54,497 nt of DNA, from positions 1-54,497 of IMG/VR virus record IMGVR_UViG_3300046171_000026; one strand, 5' to 3'. Below, one piece after another: positions 29,401 to 37,619 of this stretch. Below the pieces are notes generated by a model. It was not told where the DNA came from. It saw only the letters and a list, made by a program, of their open reading frames with translations, and did not search any database. Every line of letters begins with the position of its first letter. The first letter of the stretch is position 1. The position numbers were made by a program, and so were the translations under genes. This stretch comes from a virus (taxonomy: Duplodnaviria > Caudoviricetes).

Positions 29401-29978
29401 ATGGTACATTACCTGGAGTTCCTGCACCTCTACAACCTTCAGGTGGATTAGCTGGTGAAATTTTATTTCCATTAGCAGGCTATGATTTGTTTCAAAGAAA
29501 AAAAATAGAAGGTCAAACAGGTATTCCTAATGAAGATTGGGCTATAAGATTAGGTGCTATTAAAGATAAATTAATGCCTAATATACCTTTTGTACCTGGA
29601 TCATACTCAAGTAAAAAATTAGAAAGAACAAGAAAAGGAATGGAGTCACCATTTAGACCAGAGCAGAGTGAGATGGTCTCTCTTGCACAGGCATTAGGAT
29701 TTAAAATAGAAAAAGCAGATCTTGATAAATTAAAAGCAGGAAAAGCATTTGAATTAAAAAGAAAACTAGATGGCTATAAAGAACAAATAAACTTGCAAAG
29801 AAAAAAATATAGAGATGGTTTAATAAGCCAAGAAACTGCACAAGTAGAAATAGAAAAGATAGCAGGTAAAATGGAAGAGTTAGCTGCTAAATATGGAGTT
29901 GCTTTTGAGAAAGCAGATTATGCAAAAAACAAAAAACCTTTTGAAGATATAAAAGGATTATTTAAAGGAAAGAATTAA
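26451..29978 (+). CDS. Large internal virion (ejection) protein
   Basis: 1175 aa; last gene of the virion block; NPTVHVNN..SN and F.DY...PF..Y motifs seen in large podovirus core proteins. Confidence 0.7.
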   Translation: MSELFNDLKPKEKKIPDNIQINKSMFSDLMPSEDKHQYKITEEGNRGTNLTNEDKIEPGLFDDLKPTNTEEDREDIDGDADLWDKIAFATKLGFTDTYRGVKQIANVGKEEMKKDQEKLYQYMENPDGSTNYAVAAAYFGSAILDPAGWLIPVTKARTLYKAAKYGFVSSGIAGGLGYVDENSILDSRGKQAAASAVGGTILSPVITAVGKKIKGEKVFTRESLGIPGFDAPSVKTQADVELQKVKLQNEAGKKDRDALARKKIEIDDPEMLKDMPSNKTQMLRGPRLWFRENVVKPYEKKFGKPILNYLTNGEYGAEAGGAATGGIVGYASSESDAPITTKFARAFTGALISAGGIKATRHINLPTRTFGKGEDQTEEVSESIAEWLGRNFIDGYGLPKEFKALQAEAQGFSNHIAMRFSFMAQKIKNNLTDDEQKILHNLLQGDTKIKVAPAKLQELSKDARKLITEVAQEYVDAGLITRETFTKNKNIYLKRSYRGKLKDRPFGEELKLRGATLKVTKDEYNKIYKKQKAYTTTSEAVQKKTGLFVEKEGTKKLIKNHRGWELLPSSETNFKKLKKNDMVEIRWEYTKPQRVGLSEIEDASYAIAETGRAFSTTLSQFRLYKNISKTDYVFDSLKNIPIAERGNYKMIPTTDMGKTGGKKRFGALAGKYVPEEIYKNLVAANKYARAESSAFYKGYRKLNSVWKISKTAWNPTVHVNNIMSNFVLHDLVDAEIKYLPKAWTALTTHGKKNKAGKLQRSELVETATKYGVFDSGFIQVELKNIQSGTKFPYKFDENLDTFNNSVNAAKNIYENGVLKNKLGLETLTQWYGFEDAVFRLSVFQDRLSKGWSAADAALDARKSFIDYNIDAPAINWMRNTVTPFLAYTYRIIPILAETAIVRPWKYAKYAALGYGLNKMGGIVGGGDEEAERAVMPERKQGEFLNMGFLPFRNIKVPIPPGEDGKPYYMDFTRFVPGGDILDLNGTLPGVPAPLQPSGGLAGEILFPLAGYDLFQRKKIEGQTGIPNEDWAIRLGAIKDKLMPNIPFVPGSYSSKKLERTRKGMESPFRPEQSEMVSLAQALGFKIEKADLDKLKAGKAFELKRKLDGYKEQINLQRKKYRDGLISQETAQVEIEKIAGKMEELAAKYGVAFEKADYAKNKKPFEDIKGLFKGKN

Positions 29979-30154
29979 TGCCTAGAAAATCAGCTACAGA
30001 AGTAAAAATAGATTTCTTAGTAAGAGAAATAAAAGAACTTAGAACTGAGACTAAATGTCTAAGGGCTGACATTAACAAAGGTAAAGGAGCCGTCTGGGTA
30101 CTTGTTATAATTGCAAGTATAATAGGTGGTGTATATAATTATTTTAATACGTAA
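29978..30154 (+). CDS. Small membrane protein (coiled coil plus C-terminal TM)
   Basis: 58 aa MPRKSATEVKID...GKGAVWVLVIIASIIGG; TAATG coupled. Confidence 0.65.
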   Translation: MPRKSATEVKIDFLVREIKELRTETKCLRADINKGKGAVWVLVIIASIIGGVYNYFNT

Positions 30155-30166
30155 CAAGGAGATAAT

Positions 30167-30289
30167 ATGATAACTAAACTAAAACAAAAATTTTATCACG
30201 GAAGTAAGATAGAAAGCCTATGGATGAACCATAGCCACTGCGTCATTTCTGCAGTTGCAGGTTTTGTATTGGGTGCTATAATATTATAG
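30167..30289 (+). CDS. Small membrane peptide (40 aa)
   Basis: AAGGAG RBS; hydrophobic C-terminus VISAVAGFVLGAIIL. Confidence 0.55.
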   Translation: MITKLKQKFYHGSKIESLWMNHSHCVISAVAGFVLGAIIL

Positions 30290-30290
30290 T

Positions 30291-30683
30291 ATGGCATTCC
30301 CAATTTTATCAGCACTAAAATTAGCTGTAAATGCTGGCACTCATATCTATAAAAAGAAACAAGAAACTAAGATGCTTATGGCTGATGCTCAAGCCACGCA
30401 GGCTGCGAAGATGGCTCGTGGGGAAAGCGAATACCAAGGCAAGCTGCTTGAGGCTAGGCAATCGGACTGGAAAGACGAGTTCGTTTTGGTCGTTCTAACG
30501 CTGCCAATTTTGGTGATTGCGTATGGGGTCTTCTCGGATGATCCTGGTGCAGCTTCTAAAATAAAAGAGTTTTTCGAGCAGTTTCAACAGCTGCCGAGCT
30601 GGTTTACCAATTTATGGATACTTGTCGTGGCTAGTATTTATGGTATAAAAGGCACTCAAATATTTAAGGGTGGCAAAAAATAA
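30291..30683 (+). CDS. Holin (3TM GTA-holin-like)
   Basis: SDWKDEF motif followed by TM segments, LP.W and ASIYGIK; basic C-terminus. Confidence 0.7.
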   Translation: MAFPILSALKLAVNAGTHIYKKKQETKMLMADAQATQAAKMARGESEYQGKLLEARQSDWKDEFVLVVLTLPILVIAYGVFSDDPGAASKIKEFFEQFQQLPSWFTNLWILVVASIYGIKGTQIFKGGKK

Positions 30684-30759
30684 TGGAGAGTAGTATGAAT
30701 TACTATTTTACAGGAGTACTAATTATATTGTTTGTAGCATTTGCTATGTTAGTAGCACA

Positions 30760-30972
30760 GTGAAGTTTATATTAGTACTTGCTTTATGCAGTCAGACATA
30801 TGGAAGCTGTATGCCTCCAATACAAAATAGTATTTACTATGATTCTTTTAGAGATTGTACTATGGCTGGCTATGGAGAGTCTCTTAATATATTACAAGCT
30901 TTTCCAATAAAAGAATTTGAAGATAAAAAATTATATACAAGCTTTGCTTGTACCATGCAAGGAACAACCTAA
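30760..30972 (+). CDS. Small secreted Cys-containing protein
   Basis: Signal-like MKFILVLALC; four Cys. Confidence 0.55.
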   Translation: MKFILVLALCSQTYGSCMPPIQNSIYYDSFRDCTMAGYGESLNILQAFPIKEFEDKKLYTSFACTMQGTT

Positions 30973-30974
30973 AT

Positions 30975-31646
30975 ATGAAATACCTCTCAATATTATTACT
31001 ATTATTATTTACCTCATCAGCAATTGCAGGATCAACACAGACTAATACATCTGGATCTAACACAGCTATCGAAGGTGGATATACATCTACTGCTACTACA
31101 ACGTATCAGTCTGGATCTAGTTCTAATAGTACAACGACTAACAGCTCTACTTCTAATGTTAAGTCAGCACCACCAAGTGCAGGTGCACCATCATACAATA
31201 GTATGACACAAGATGTTTGTGCTGTAGGTGTATCACTAGGTGTTCAAACATTTGGTATTGGTATTAGTGGTGGTAAGCATGCAATAGATAAAAATTGTGA
31301 AAGATTAAAGTTAGCTAGAATACTTAATGACTTTGGTATGAAAGTTGCAGCAGTTGCTATACTTTGTCAAGATGAAAGAGTATTTGAGTCTATGATTCAA
31401 GCAGGTACACCTTGTCCTATAGATGGTAAAATAGGTAAAGATGCTCAAGCTTTATGGTCTAAGTATGATCATGAAAGACCAGACTATACTACCTATGTTA
31501 AACGTATGGAAGATAGAAAAAAAGCTGATGAAGAAATGCAAGCAAAAATTACAGCAGAACTAGATGCTATGGATAAAGCCAAAGCTATAGAAGATGCAAA
31601 ATTAAACAATGCAAAGAAAATGAAAGAATGGAAACATCCTAGATGA
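30975..31646 (+). CDS. Exported protein with Ser/Thr-rich linker and Cys-containing domain
   Basis: Signal peptide MKYLSILLLLLFTSSAIA; SAPPSA.AP, NCERLKL, LCQD.RV, GTPCP motifs. Confidence 0.75.
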   Translation: MKYLSILLLLLFTSSAIAGSTQTNTSGSNTAIEGGYTSTATTTYQSGSSSNSTTTNSSTSNVKSAPPSAGAPSYNSMTQDVCAVGVSLGVQTFGIGISGGKHAIDKNCERLKLARILNDFGMKVAAVAILCQDERVFESMIQAGTPCPIDGKIGKDAQALWSKYDHERPDYTTYVKRMEDRKKADEEMQAKITAELDAMDKAKAIEDAKLNNAKKMKEWKHPR

Positions 31647-31780
31647 TAGATAGATTAATATATAAATTTTGTGGTTTTTTAGATAACTCAATAGCATTTG
31701 TAGAAACTGGTATTATTAAAATGGTAGAATGGTGCTGGCATACAAGAGTTAAGTTATTAAATAAAAAAAGAAAAAGATGA
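31643..31780 (+). CDS. Small hypothetical protein (45 aa)
   Basis: ATGA overlaps with both neighbours; MIDRLIYKFCGFLD... Confidence 0.5.
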   Translation: MIDRLIYKFCGFLDNSIAFVETGIIKMVEWCWHTRVKLLNKKRKR

Positions 31781-32157
31781 ACAATAAACCATTAAACATA
31801 TCTGAATCGGCTGCTGTACAAATGCCGATGAAGACAGTTGCTAGTCTTATAGTGCTAGTAGCAATGGGTGTGTTTGCATATACAGAGCTGACTTCAAGGT
31901 TAGTATCGTTAGAGACATCAAGAGAATTATTTGAAAATGATTTACTTAAAAAATCTGAGCAAGTACCTGTAGACCAGGAGCAACATTTTTTATTAGAAGA
32001 TTTGTATAAGTCTGTAGAAAAAATGGAAGAGACTCAAGAGATGAATATGACTAATAAAGTTAATATAGAATTTTTAAGAGATCAATTAGACCAAGCATTA
32101 AGAGATATAGAAGACTTAAAAGATAAGGTAAGAGCAAACGGTAACGGAGCACATTAA
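31777..32157 (+). CDS. Membrane-anchored coiled-coil protein
   Basis: N-terminal TM (VASLIVLVAMGVFAY) followed by coiled coil. Confidence 0.7.
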   Translation: MNNKPLNISESAAVQMPMKTVASLIVLVAMGVFAYTELTSRLVSLETSRELFENDLLKKSEQVPVDQEQHFLLEDLYKSVEKMEETQEMNMTNKVNIEFLRDQLDQALRDIEDLKDKVRANGNGAH

Positions 32158-32372
32158 TGACAGAGTTGATCATAGCCCTACTTATGATTGTCAACGGAGA
32201 GATTAAGGAACATAGAATACAGGAATCTATGTCTGACTGTTTAAAAGGCAAACGTATTGCAACAAGAACTAATAAAAATAATAACATAAATTACACTTGC
32301 ATTAAGTCGATGGCTGAACTTGAGTCTAACATAGACGGAAGTAAATCAATTAAAAAATTAATATTAGAATGA
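32157..32372 (+). CDS. Small hypothetical protein
   Basis: TAATG coupled; CL..KR motif. Confidence 0.65.
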   Translation: MTELIIALLMIVNGEIKEHRIQESMSDCLKGKRIATRTNKNNNINYTCIKSMAELESNIDGSKSIKKLILE

Positions 32373-33709
32373 AATGGTTAGTTACGTTTTTAGTATTAAC
32401 CCTAGTTATTTTTGGTGCTAAAGCAGAAGAGATAACAACAGGTAATCTAATTACTAATGGTAACTTTGAAACAGGCAACTCTAATGGTTGGACTACATCT
32501 GGTGATGTACAAGTATTAAATGATTGCTGTGAGTTAAATGGTGTATCAAGTAATTATGATTTAGAATTTGGTGACAGTGGTTCTATTGAACAAGACTTTA
32601 ATTTATCCACAAATACTATAACACAAAATATGCTAGATAATGGTATTACATTAGACTCTAGTATGGATGCACAAAATGGTGAGTGTGGTGTTGTGGGATG
32701 TTGGGGTGGAAGTGGAGATGCTGATACCTTTACAAATGTATTAACTATAAAAGACTCTGATGGTAATACTCTTGCATCAAATACTACAATAAGAACTGAT
32801 GTTACAGGTATTAATGGTGCAATATTTACAGACAGATTAATATATAATGGCACAGGATCTAACGTAGGTAATATAAATATATCTGGATCTGATGCTAATG
32901 CCCCTGCTAATCTAGGTGGTCCTAATATAGATAACATTTCTGTTACTATGACCTATGATACCTCTGTATTAGATAATGATATAGTAGATGAGATTGGTGA
33001 AGTATTTGAAGATTTAGAAGACGTATTTGAATATATAGAGTTTACTCAAATAGAAGAATTATTTGAAGAATTTATACCATCTTTTGAGGAACCGCCAATG
33101 GAAGAAGAATTATTTTTTGAGCCTATGGAAATGCAAGAAGAGTTTGCCATGGAAGAAGAGTCTATAATTGAAGAAGAAATGATTGAAGAAGAGATAATAG
33201 AAGAAGAATATATAAAAGAAGAGTTTACAGAAGAAGAAGAGATAATAGAAGAAAAACCTACACAAATGGCAGAAGAACCTAATGAAAAAGAAGAAGAATC
33301 CAATAGCAAAACTACTGAGACTGCCAAAGTTAAGAATGAAAATAATACAAAACAAAAAAATATACAATCGAAAGAAACAACCAAAACTAACCTAGTAAAA
33401 ATTATGGATAAAGTAGATAAAGACATTAAAGATATATCAAAGAATTTACAAATTAAAAATATTATTAAGCTAGATGCTATGACAAGTGACCAGGCATCTC
33501 TTGATTCTTACGACATACCCTTCTACAAAAGTGAAAATATCTATATGGATCAAATACAGATACAAGATATGAGACAGTTATATACTGAAGTTAGTTTAAA
33601 CAATTACATATCTAATGATCCTGTAGTAATTATGGAAAATAAACTAAGAGATATAGAAACTAAAAAACAATTATTAATAATTGAACTAGAGGCATTAAAA
33701 AATGGATAA
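32369..33709 (+). CDS. Exported protein with CBM-like domain and Glu-rich stalk
   Basis: Signal peptide; NLITNGNFETG...GW; extremely Glu-rich middle region. Confidence 0.75.
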   Translation: MKWLVTFLVLTLVIFGAKAEEITTGNLITNGNFETGNSNGWTTSGDVQVLNDCCELNGVSSNYDLEFGDSGSIEQDFNLSTNTITQNMLDNGITLDSSMDAQNGECGVVGCWGGSGDADTFTNVLTIKDSDGNTLASNTTIRTDVTGINGAIFTDRLIYNGTGSNVGNINISGSDANAPANLGGPNIDNISVTMTYDTSVLDNDIVDEIGEVFEDLEDVFEYIEFTQIEELFEEFIPSFEEPPMEEELFFEPMEMQEEFAMEEESIIEEEMIEEEIIEEEYIKEEFTEEEEIIEEKPTQMAEEPNEKEEESNSKTTETAKVKNENNTKQKNIQSKETTKTNLVKIMDKVDKDIKDISKNLQIKNIIKLDAMTSDQASLDSYDIPFYKSENIYMDQIQIQDMRQLYTEVSLNNYISNDPVVIMENKLRDIETKKQLLIIELEALKNG

Positions 33710-34028
33710 AATAAAAAATCAATTAGCAGGTGTAGCTGCATTACTTGGAGTCATTGCCGCAATAGGTGGTGGCTTTGTAAAGTATGGAGAGATTGTAACT
33801 AAATTAGATGCATTAGAAGGTGCATCAGGTGGTAAAGATTGGTCTGCAGAAATAGCTGTATTAGAAGAAAAAGTAGGTGCATTAGAAAATGCAGATACTT
33901 CACATACTCATGATACATCTCACTCTCATGACAACACTGCAGTTAAGATTCTTGAAAAAGAAATACAATTACTTAAAGTACAAATAGAAGAAATTAAAGT
34001 ATCAACATCTAACCCATTAGCAAACTAA
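33702..34028 (+). CDS. Membrane-anchored coiled-coil protein
   Basis: N-terminal TM (AGVAALLGVIAAIGGGF), coiled coil, C-terminal NPLAN. Confidence 0.7.
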   Translation: MDKIKNQLAGVAALLGVIAAIGGGFVKYGEIVTKLDALEGASGGKDWSAEIAVLEEKVGALENADTSHTHDTSHSHDNTAVKILEKEIQLLKVQIEEIKVSTSNPLAN

Positions 34029-34477
34029 TGAAATTAAGTGGACATTTTAGTTTAGCAGAACTAACTAAATCACAAACTGCTATAAGAAAAGGTATAGATA
34101 ATCAACCTACTCTTGATCATATAGAAAATTTAACAGAACTATGTACTCACGTACTAGAACCAACACGTAGAAATTTTGGTAAACCTATGGTAATATCTTC
34201 TGGATATAGATCAGAAGAATTATGTGAGGCTATTGGCTCGTCTAAAAACAGCCAACATGCTAAAGGTGAGGCAGCAGATTTTGAAATGTTTGGTGTAGAT
34301 AATAAAGAATTAGCAAAGTACATTAAAAATAACCTAGTGTTTGATCAGCTTATACTAGAATTTTATAATCCAGATGACCCTTCAAGTGGATGGGTGCATT
34401 GCTCATATAGTAAAGAAGAAAACAGAAAACAATCATTATTATATAACGGAAAGGATTATACAGAATGGCTTACTTAA
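34028..34477 (+). CDS. Endolysin, peptidase M15 family (Zn peptidase)
   Basis: SSGYRS, SQH..GEAAD and WVH motifs (HxxxxxxD...H zinc ligands). Confidence 0.88.
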   Translation: MKLSGHFSLAELTKSQTAIRKGIDNQPTLDHIENLTELCTHVLEPTRRNFGKPMVISSGYRSEELCEAIGSSKNSQHAKGEAADFEMFGVDNKELAKYIKNNLVFDQLILEFYNPDDPSSGWVHCSYSKEENRKQSLLYNGKDYTEWLT

Positions 34478-35121
34478 ATGCAAATATACCTGTAATAGAA
34501 TGTTATGTTAGAGGTAATTACTTAAGAGATCAAAAAGATTCACACGATAAATACTTTGAATGCGTGGTATTTGGTTTTACATCAATACCTAAACAAGTAC
34601 CACTGTTTCATTTTATGATGACAGATGGGGGTATATGGTGGAGAGCACCTATATCAGCATTTTGTAAAAAACCAGGAACAAAAGAATTACCTTTAGACGA
34701 GTTATGTTTATGGGATTCATTTAGTTACAATGTAAGTGTTACAACTTTCTATCAAATGGCAGGTTGTAAAATGAAATACATATCAAGACGTAAGGTAGAT
34801 AGAGAAGGTATTTATTTATTTACAATTGATTGGTCTGCAGGAGACTATAACGAATTAAATTATGGTTATGCAGAGAAACCAGATCAACACAAGTGTGGTC
34901 ATGTAATTGAATTAGATGATGGTAATTATGCAATACAACCCAACAATAGACTAAGGATTTTTGATCCATCAATGGCAGCAGATCCTTCAAAACCCCTTAT
35001 TAATAGACTAGTAAATACTAACATATGGTCTGTAGAAACTACATCTAAGTGGATCACTGATGAACACGAAGAAGGTAGCTACGACTATAAATATACGGAG
35101 TTAAAAGATGGCAGTAAATAA
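34465..35121 (+). CDS. Conserved hypothetical phage protein (MAYLNANIP type)
   Basis: 218-aa ORF with Y.FTIDW, HKC.H and QPNNR motifs. Confidence 0.75.
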   Translation: MAYLNANIPVIECYVRGNYLRDQKDSHDKYFECVVFGFTSIPKQVPLFHFMMTDGGIWWRAPISAFCKKPGTKELPLDELCLWDSFSYNVSVTTFYQMAGCKMKYISRRKVDREGIYLFTIDWSAGDYNELNYGYAEKPDQHKCGHVIELDDGNYAIQPNNRLRIFDPSMAADPSKPLINRLVNTNIWSVETTSKWITDEHEEGSYDYKYTELKDGSK

Positions 35122-35278
35122 AGCAGGAAACTATACTAAACCTGGAATGAGAAAACAAATCTTTAATAGGATAAAAGCAGCTAATACTCATGGTACAGCT
35201 GCAGGTAAGTGGTCGGCTAGAAAAGCACAAGCACTAGCTAAAGCTTATAAGAAAGCAGGCGGTGGGTACAAATCGTGA
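35108..35278 (+). CDS. Basic protein, N-terminal half of a DUF5872-like domain
   Basis: 56 aa NYTKPGMR...GKWSARKAQALAKAYKKAGGGY (not in the ORF track). Confidence 0.7.
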   Translation: MAVNKAGNYTKPGMRKQIFNRIKAANTHGTAAGKWSARKAQALAKAYKKAGGGYKS

Positions 35279-35371
35279 TAAACTTTATTAAAAAAGTTTT
35301 GGGTATAAGTGATCTAGAATATAAAATTAGATTACTTGAAAGAAAAAATTATTGGAGAGAGAAATACAAAC

Positions 35372-35527
35372 ATGGCTAGAGTAACAAAACAATTAAAAGG
35401 AAATCAATATAAGATTGCAGCACAAGCAGGTAATCCTAGAAAAATAGAAAAAGCAGATTTTAAAAAATTAGCACAACTAAGAAAAGGAAAAAAGAATGGC
35501 GTTAGCAAAAAGTCAAAGATCGCTTAA
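35372..35527 (+). CDS. Small basic protein
   Basis: GGAG upstream of ATG 35372 (MARVTKQLKGNQYKI...). Confidence 0.55.
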   Translation: MARVTKQLKGNQYKIAAQAGNPRKIEKADFKKLAQLRKGKKNGVSKKSKIA

Positions 35528-35744
35528 AGCTTGGGGAGATCAGAAGTGGAGAACAAAATCTGGTAAGCCATCAAGTAAAACAGGTGAAAGATATTTACCA
35601 AGTAAGGCTATAAAATCTTTATCAGCTTCTGAGTATGCTGCTACAACTGCAGCTAAAAGAAAAGGTAAAGCAGCAGGTAAACAATTTGTTAAACAGCCTA
35701 AGACTATAGCAAGTAAGGTAAAAAAATATAGGAGTTTTGCATAA
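35496..35744 (+). CDS. Basic protein, C-terminal half of a DUF5872-like domain
   Basis: SQ.SL..W..Q.W.T...ERYLP..A...L...GKQFV motif. Confidence 0.7.
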   Translation: MALAKSQRSLKAWGDQKWRTKSGKPSSKTGERYLPSKAIKSLSASEYAATTAAKRKGKAAGKQFVKQPKTIASKVKKYRSFA

Positions 35745-35992
35745 TGGCTAAAGCAGCATGGACTAGAAAAGAAGGTAAAAATCCTGAAGGTGGATTAAAT
35801 CAGAAAGGTCGTGATAGTTACAACAAAGAAACAGGTGGTAATTTAAAAGCACCTAGTAAAGTTGTTGGTAACAAAAGAAGGGCTAGCTTCTGTGCGAGGA
35901 TGAAAGGCATGAAGAAGAAACTTACTTCTAAAAAAACTGCTAATGATCCACAAAGCAGAATTAATAAAGCTTTAAGAGCCTGGAATTGTTAG
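35744..35992 (+). CDS. Basic protein (DUF6321-like)
   Basis: K.P.GGLN.KGR...RR.SFCARM...W.C motif. Confidence 0.65.
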   Translation: MAKAAWTRKEGKNPEGGLNQKGRDSYNKETGGNLKAPSKVVGNKRRASFCARMKGMKKKLTSKKTANDPQSRINKALRAWNC

Positions 35993-35993
35993 T

Positions 35994-36266
35994 ATGGCTA
36001 AAGATCCTAAAGTAGGCACAGGTAAAAAGCCTAAAGGTTCTGGTCGAAGATTATACACAGATGAGAATCCTAAAGATACTGTCTCTATAAAATTTGCTAC
36101 TGTTAAAGATGCAAAAGATACAGTAAAAAAAGTTAAAAATGTTAATAAACCTTTTGCTAGAAAAATACAGATACTAACTGTTGCAGAACAAAGAGCTAAA
36201 GTTATGAATAAAGATAGTGTAGTTAAAATATTTAAAGCAGCAAAGAATGATTTAAGGAGGGCATAA
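35994..36266 (+). CDS. Basic hypothetical protein (LYTDENPKDT motif)
   Basis: Packed ORF with GTGKKPKGSGRRLYTDENPKDTV.IKFAT. Confidence 0.7.
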   Translation: MAKDPKVGTGKKPKGSGRRLYTDENPKDTVSIKFATVKDAKDTVKKVKNVNKPFARKIQILTVAEQRAKVMNKDSVVKIFKAAKNDLRRA

Positions 36267-36433
36267 TGAGAGATACTAAACTTATTAATGCATATGCACT
36301 TAAACAAAGTAAAGATAAAAAACAAAAAGAACTATTTATAAATTTAAAAAAAGAAGTAGAAACAGGTGCTAACGGTACTCAAAACTACATGATAAAGAAA
36401 GGTATAAATAAAAATACAATAGCTAAGAAATAA
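36266..36433 (+). CDS. Small basic protein (55 aa), last gene of the late arm
   Basis: GGAGG RBS, TAATG coupling; MRDTKLINAY... Confidence 0.6.
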   Translation: MRDTKLINAYALKQSKDKKQKELFINLKKEVETGANGTQNYMIKKGINKNTIAKK

Positions 36434-36457
36434 AAAAGGGGAAGCGTTAACTTCCCC
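36432..36457 (-). terminator. Rho-independent terminator for the early/replication arm
   Basis: GGGGAAG-loop-CTTCCCC preceded by A6 on the + strand. Confidence 0.8.
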
Positions 36458-36470
36458 CAGCAGGCAACAT

Positions 36471-36500
36471 AAGGGCTCCTTTTAGGGAGCCTTTTTTTTT
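36471..36500 (+). terminator. Rho-independent terminator for the late arm
   Basis: GGGCTCC-loop-GGAGCC followed by T9. Confidence 0.88.
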
Positions 36501-36504
36501 GGTG

Positions 36505-36777
36505 TTAAATTTTTTGTATCATTTGTTTAATATCATCTTCTAGTTTTTTACCAGCAGAGTTTGCATGATTAATAATTGCTGCACATAAATTAGCTTGGTA
36601 CTTGTAGTCTTTTAAAGCTTCTCTTATCTTACCCACTGGCTTTCCTCCATAGTCAATTACAATAGCATTGTCTTTGTTTAGTCCAATCTTTAATTCAAAC
36701 AATAAACCTGTATGTTTACTTACACTATTTTTTTGCATTAGCATCCTCCATTGGCTTCTTAACAAAGTCTGCACCAA
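36505..36777 (-). CDS. Hypothetical protein (start uncertain)
   Basis: ORF ending at the convergent terminators. Confidence 0.6.
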   Translation of the reverse strand: MVQTLLRSQWRMLMQKNSVSKHTGLLFELKIGLNKDNAIVIDYGGKPVGKIREALKDYKYQANLCAAIINHANSAGKKLEDDIKQMIQKI

Positions 36778-36949
36778 TCTTTGGATCTAGTTGATTTAAT
36801 CTTGCTAACATAGCCATAAGATTTGCTACTTCTCCATATGGTCTAGTCATAAGATATTTCATTATATCTTGTAGTTGCATAGAATCTATTAAATAAGTTC
36901 TAGATCCTAAACTGTTTTCTCCTTTCTCTTTAGTCATTATGTTCTCCAA
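36725..36949 (-). CDS. Hypothetical protein (YL..RPY.EV motif)
   Basis: Packed ORF; GGAG RBS suggests a start at the second Met. Confidence 0.65.
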   Translation of the reverse strand: MENIMTKEKGENSLGSRTYLIDSMQLQDIMKYLMTRPYGEVANLMAMLARLNQLDPKIGADFVKKPMEDANAKK

Positions 36950-37148
36950 AATGTTTATGTATTGTTTTTATATTTTCTTCTGCAGTAGAAACTATGTTTA
37001 TTAACTTGTCTAGTTCTTCTGTAAATTGTGGGTGCTCACCAATACCTACAGGATTATGTAAGTATATAACTATCTTTGCTGTAGCATCATCTACTTGTGC
37101 TCTATATTTTGCTAGTAAAGCATCTATAAGAAGTTGTCTTACATCCAT
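36930..37148 (-). CDS. Conserved small phage protein (YL.NPVGIGEHP motif)
   Basis: Motif familiar from marine phage small proteins. Confidence 0.7.
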   Translation of the reverse strand: MDVRQLLIDALLAKYRAQVDDATAKIVIYLHNPVGIGEHPQFTEELDKLINIVSTAEENIKTIHKHFGEHND

Positions 37149-37333
37149 TATTCCTGCCCTCTAAATTGATAATATTTATCTTCAATAAGATCAGCATCAT
37201 CTAAGTAAGGATTAAATTTAGCTTGCACAGATTCTTTTGCATCTCTTATTGTTTGATTGAGTGTCCGACCTTGTTTAAGACAACCTGCTACAAAGTCTTC
37301 TACTTCTATTATTGCTTGTTTAACTTGACCCAT
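37148..37333 (-). CDS. Hypothetical protein
   Basis: AGGAGG RBS; packed. Confidence 0.65.
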   Translation of the reverse strand: MGQVKQAIIEVEDFVAGCLKQGRTLNQTIRDAKESVQAKFNPYLDDADLIEDKYYQFRGQE

Positions 37334-37619
37334 CTTTGACCTCCTTTATTAGTCTATTTAAATACCATTGTGCTTTTTCTAAATCTTGCAATGGCTCTCC
37401 TTTAAATTTATATCTTGACACATACTTCAAGACATTACCTTTTAAGTATCCATGATACTCATCATTCTCCATACAATCACGAATAACATCTATAGTTTCT
37501 TTCTTACCATGTTTGTAATGTGCAGGTGAATTTACATTATCAAACTGCACTTCATTCTCATATGATATATCATTACTATGATCTATCTTTTTTAGATAGA
37601 CACGTTTATCTTTTACCAT
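37320..37619 (-). CDS. DUF3310 protein (T7 gp1.7-like nucleotide kinase family)
   Basis: VNSPAHY...ETID.I...GN.LKY..RY..K....DL.KA.WYL. Confidence 0.85.
   Translation of the reverse strand: MVKDKRVYLKKIDHSNDISYENEVQFDNVNSPAHYKHGKKETIDVIRDCMENDEYHGYLKGNVLKYVSRYKFKGEPLQDLEKAQWYLNRLIKEVKDGSS

Noticed and set aside
32603-32611. DnaA box TTATCCACA
   Set aside because: Single copy inside a CDS with no cluster; expected by chance
33040-33310. GAA-rich repetitive DNA as a non-coding repeat
   Set aside because: Fully explained by the Glu-rich region of the 446-aa protein
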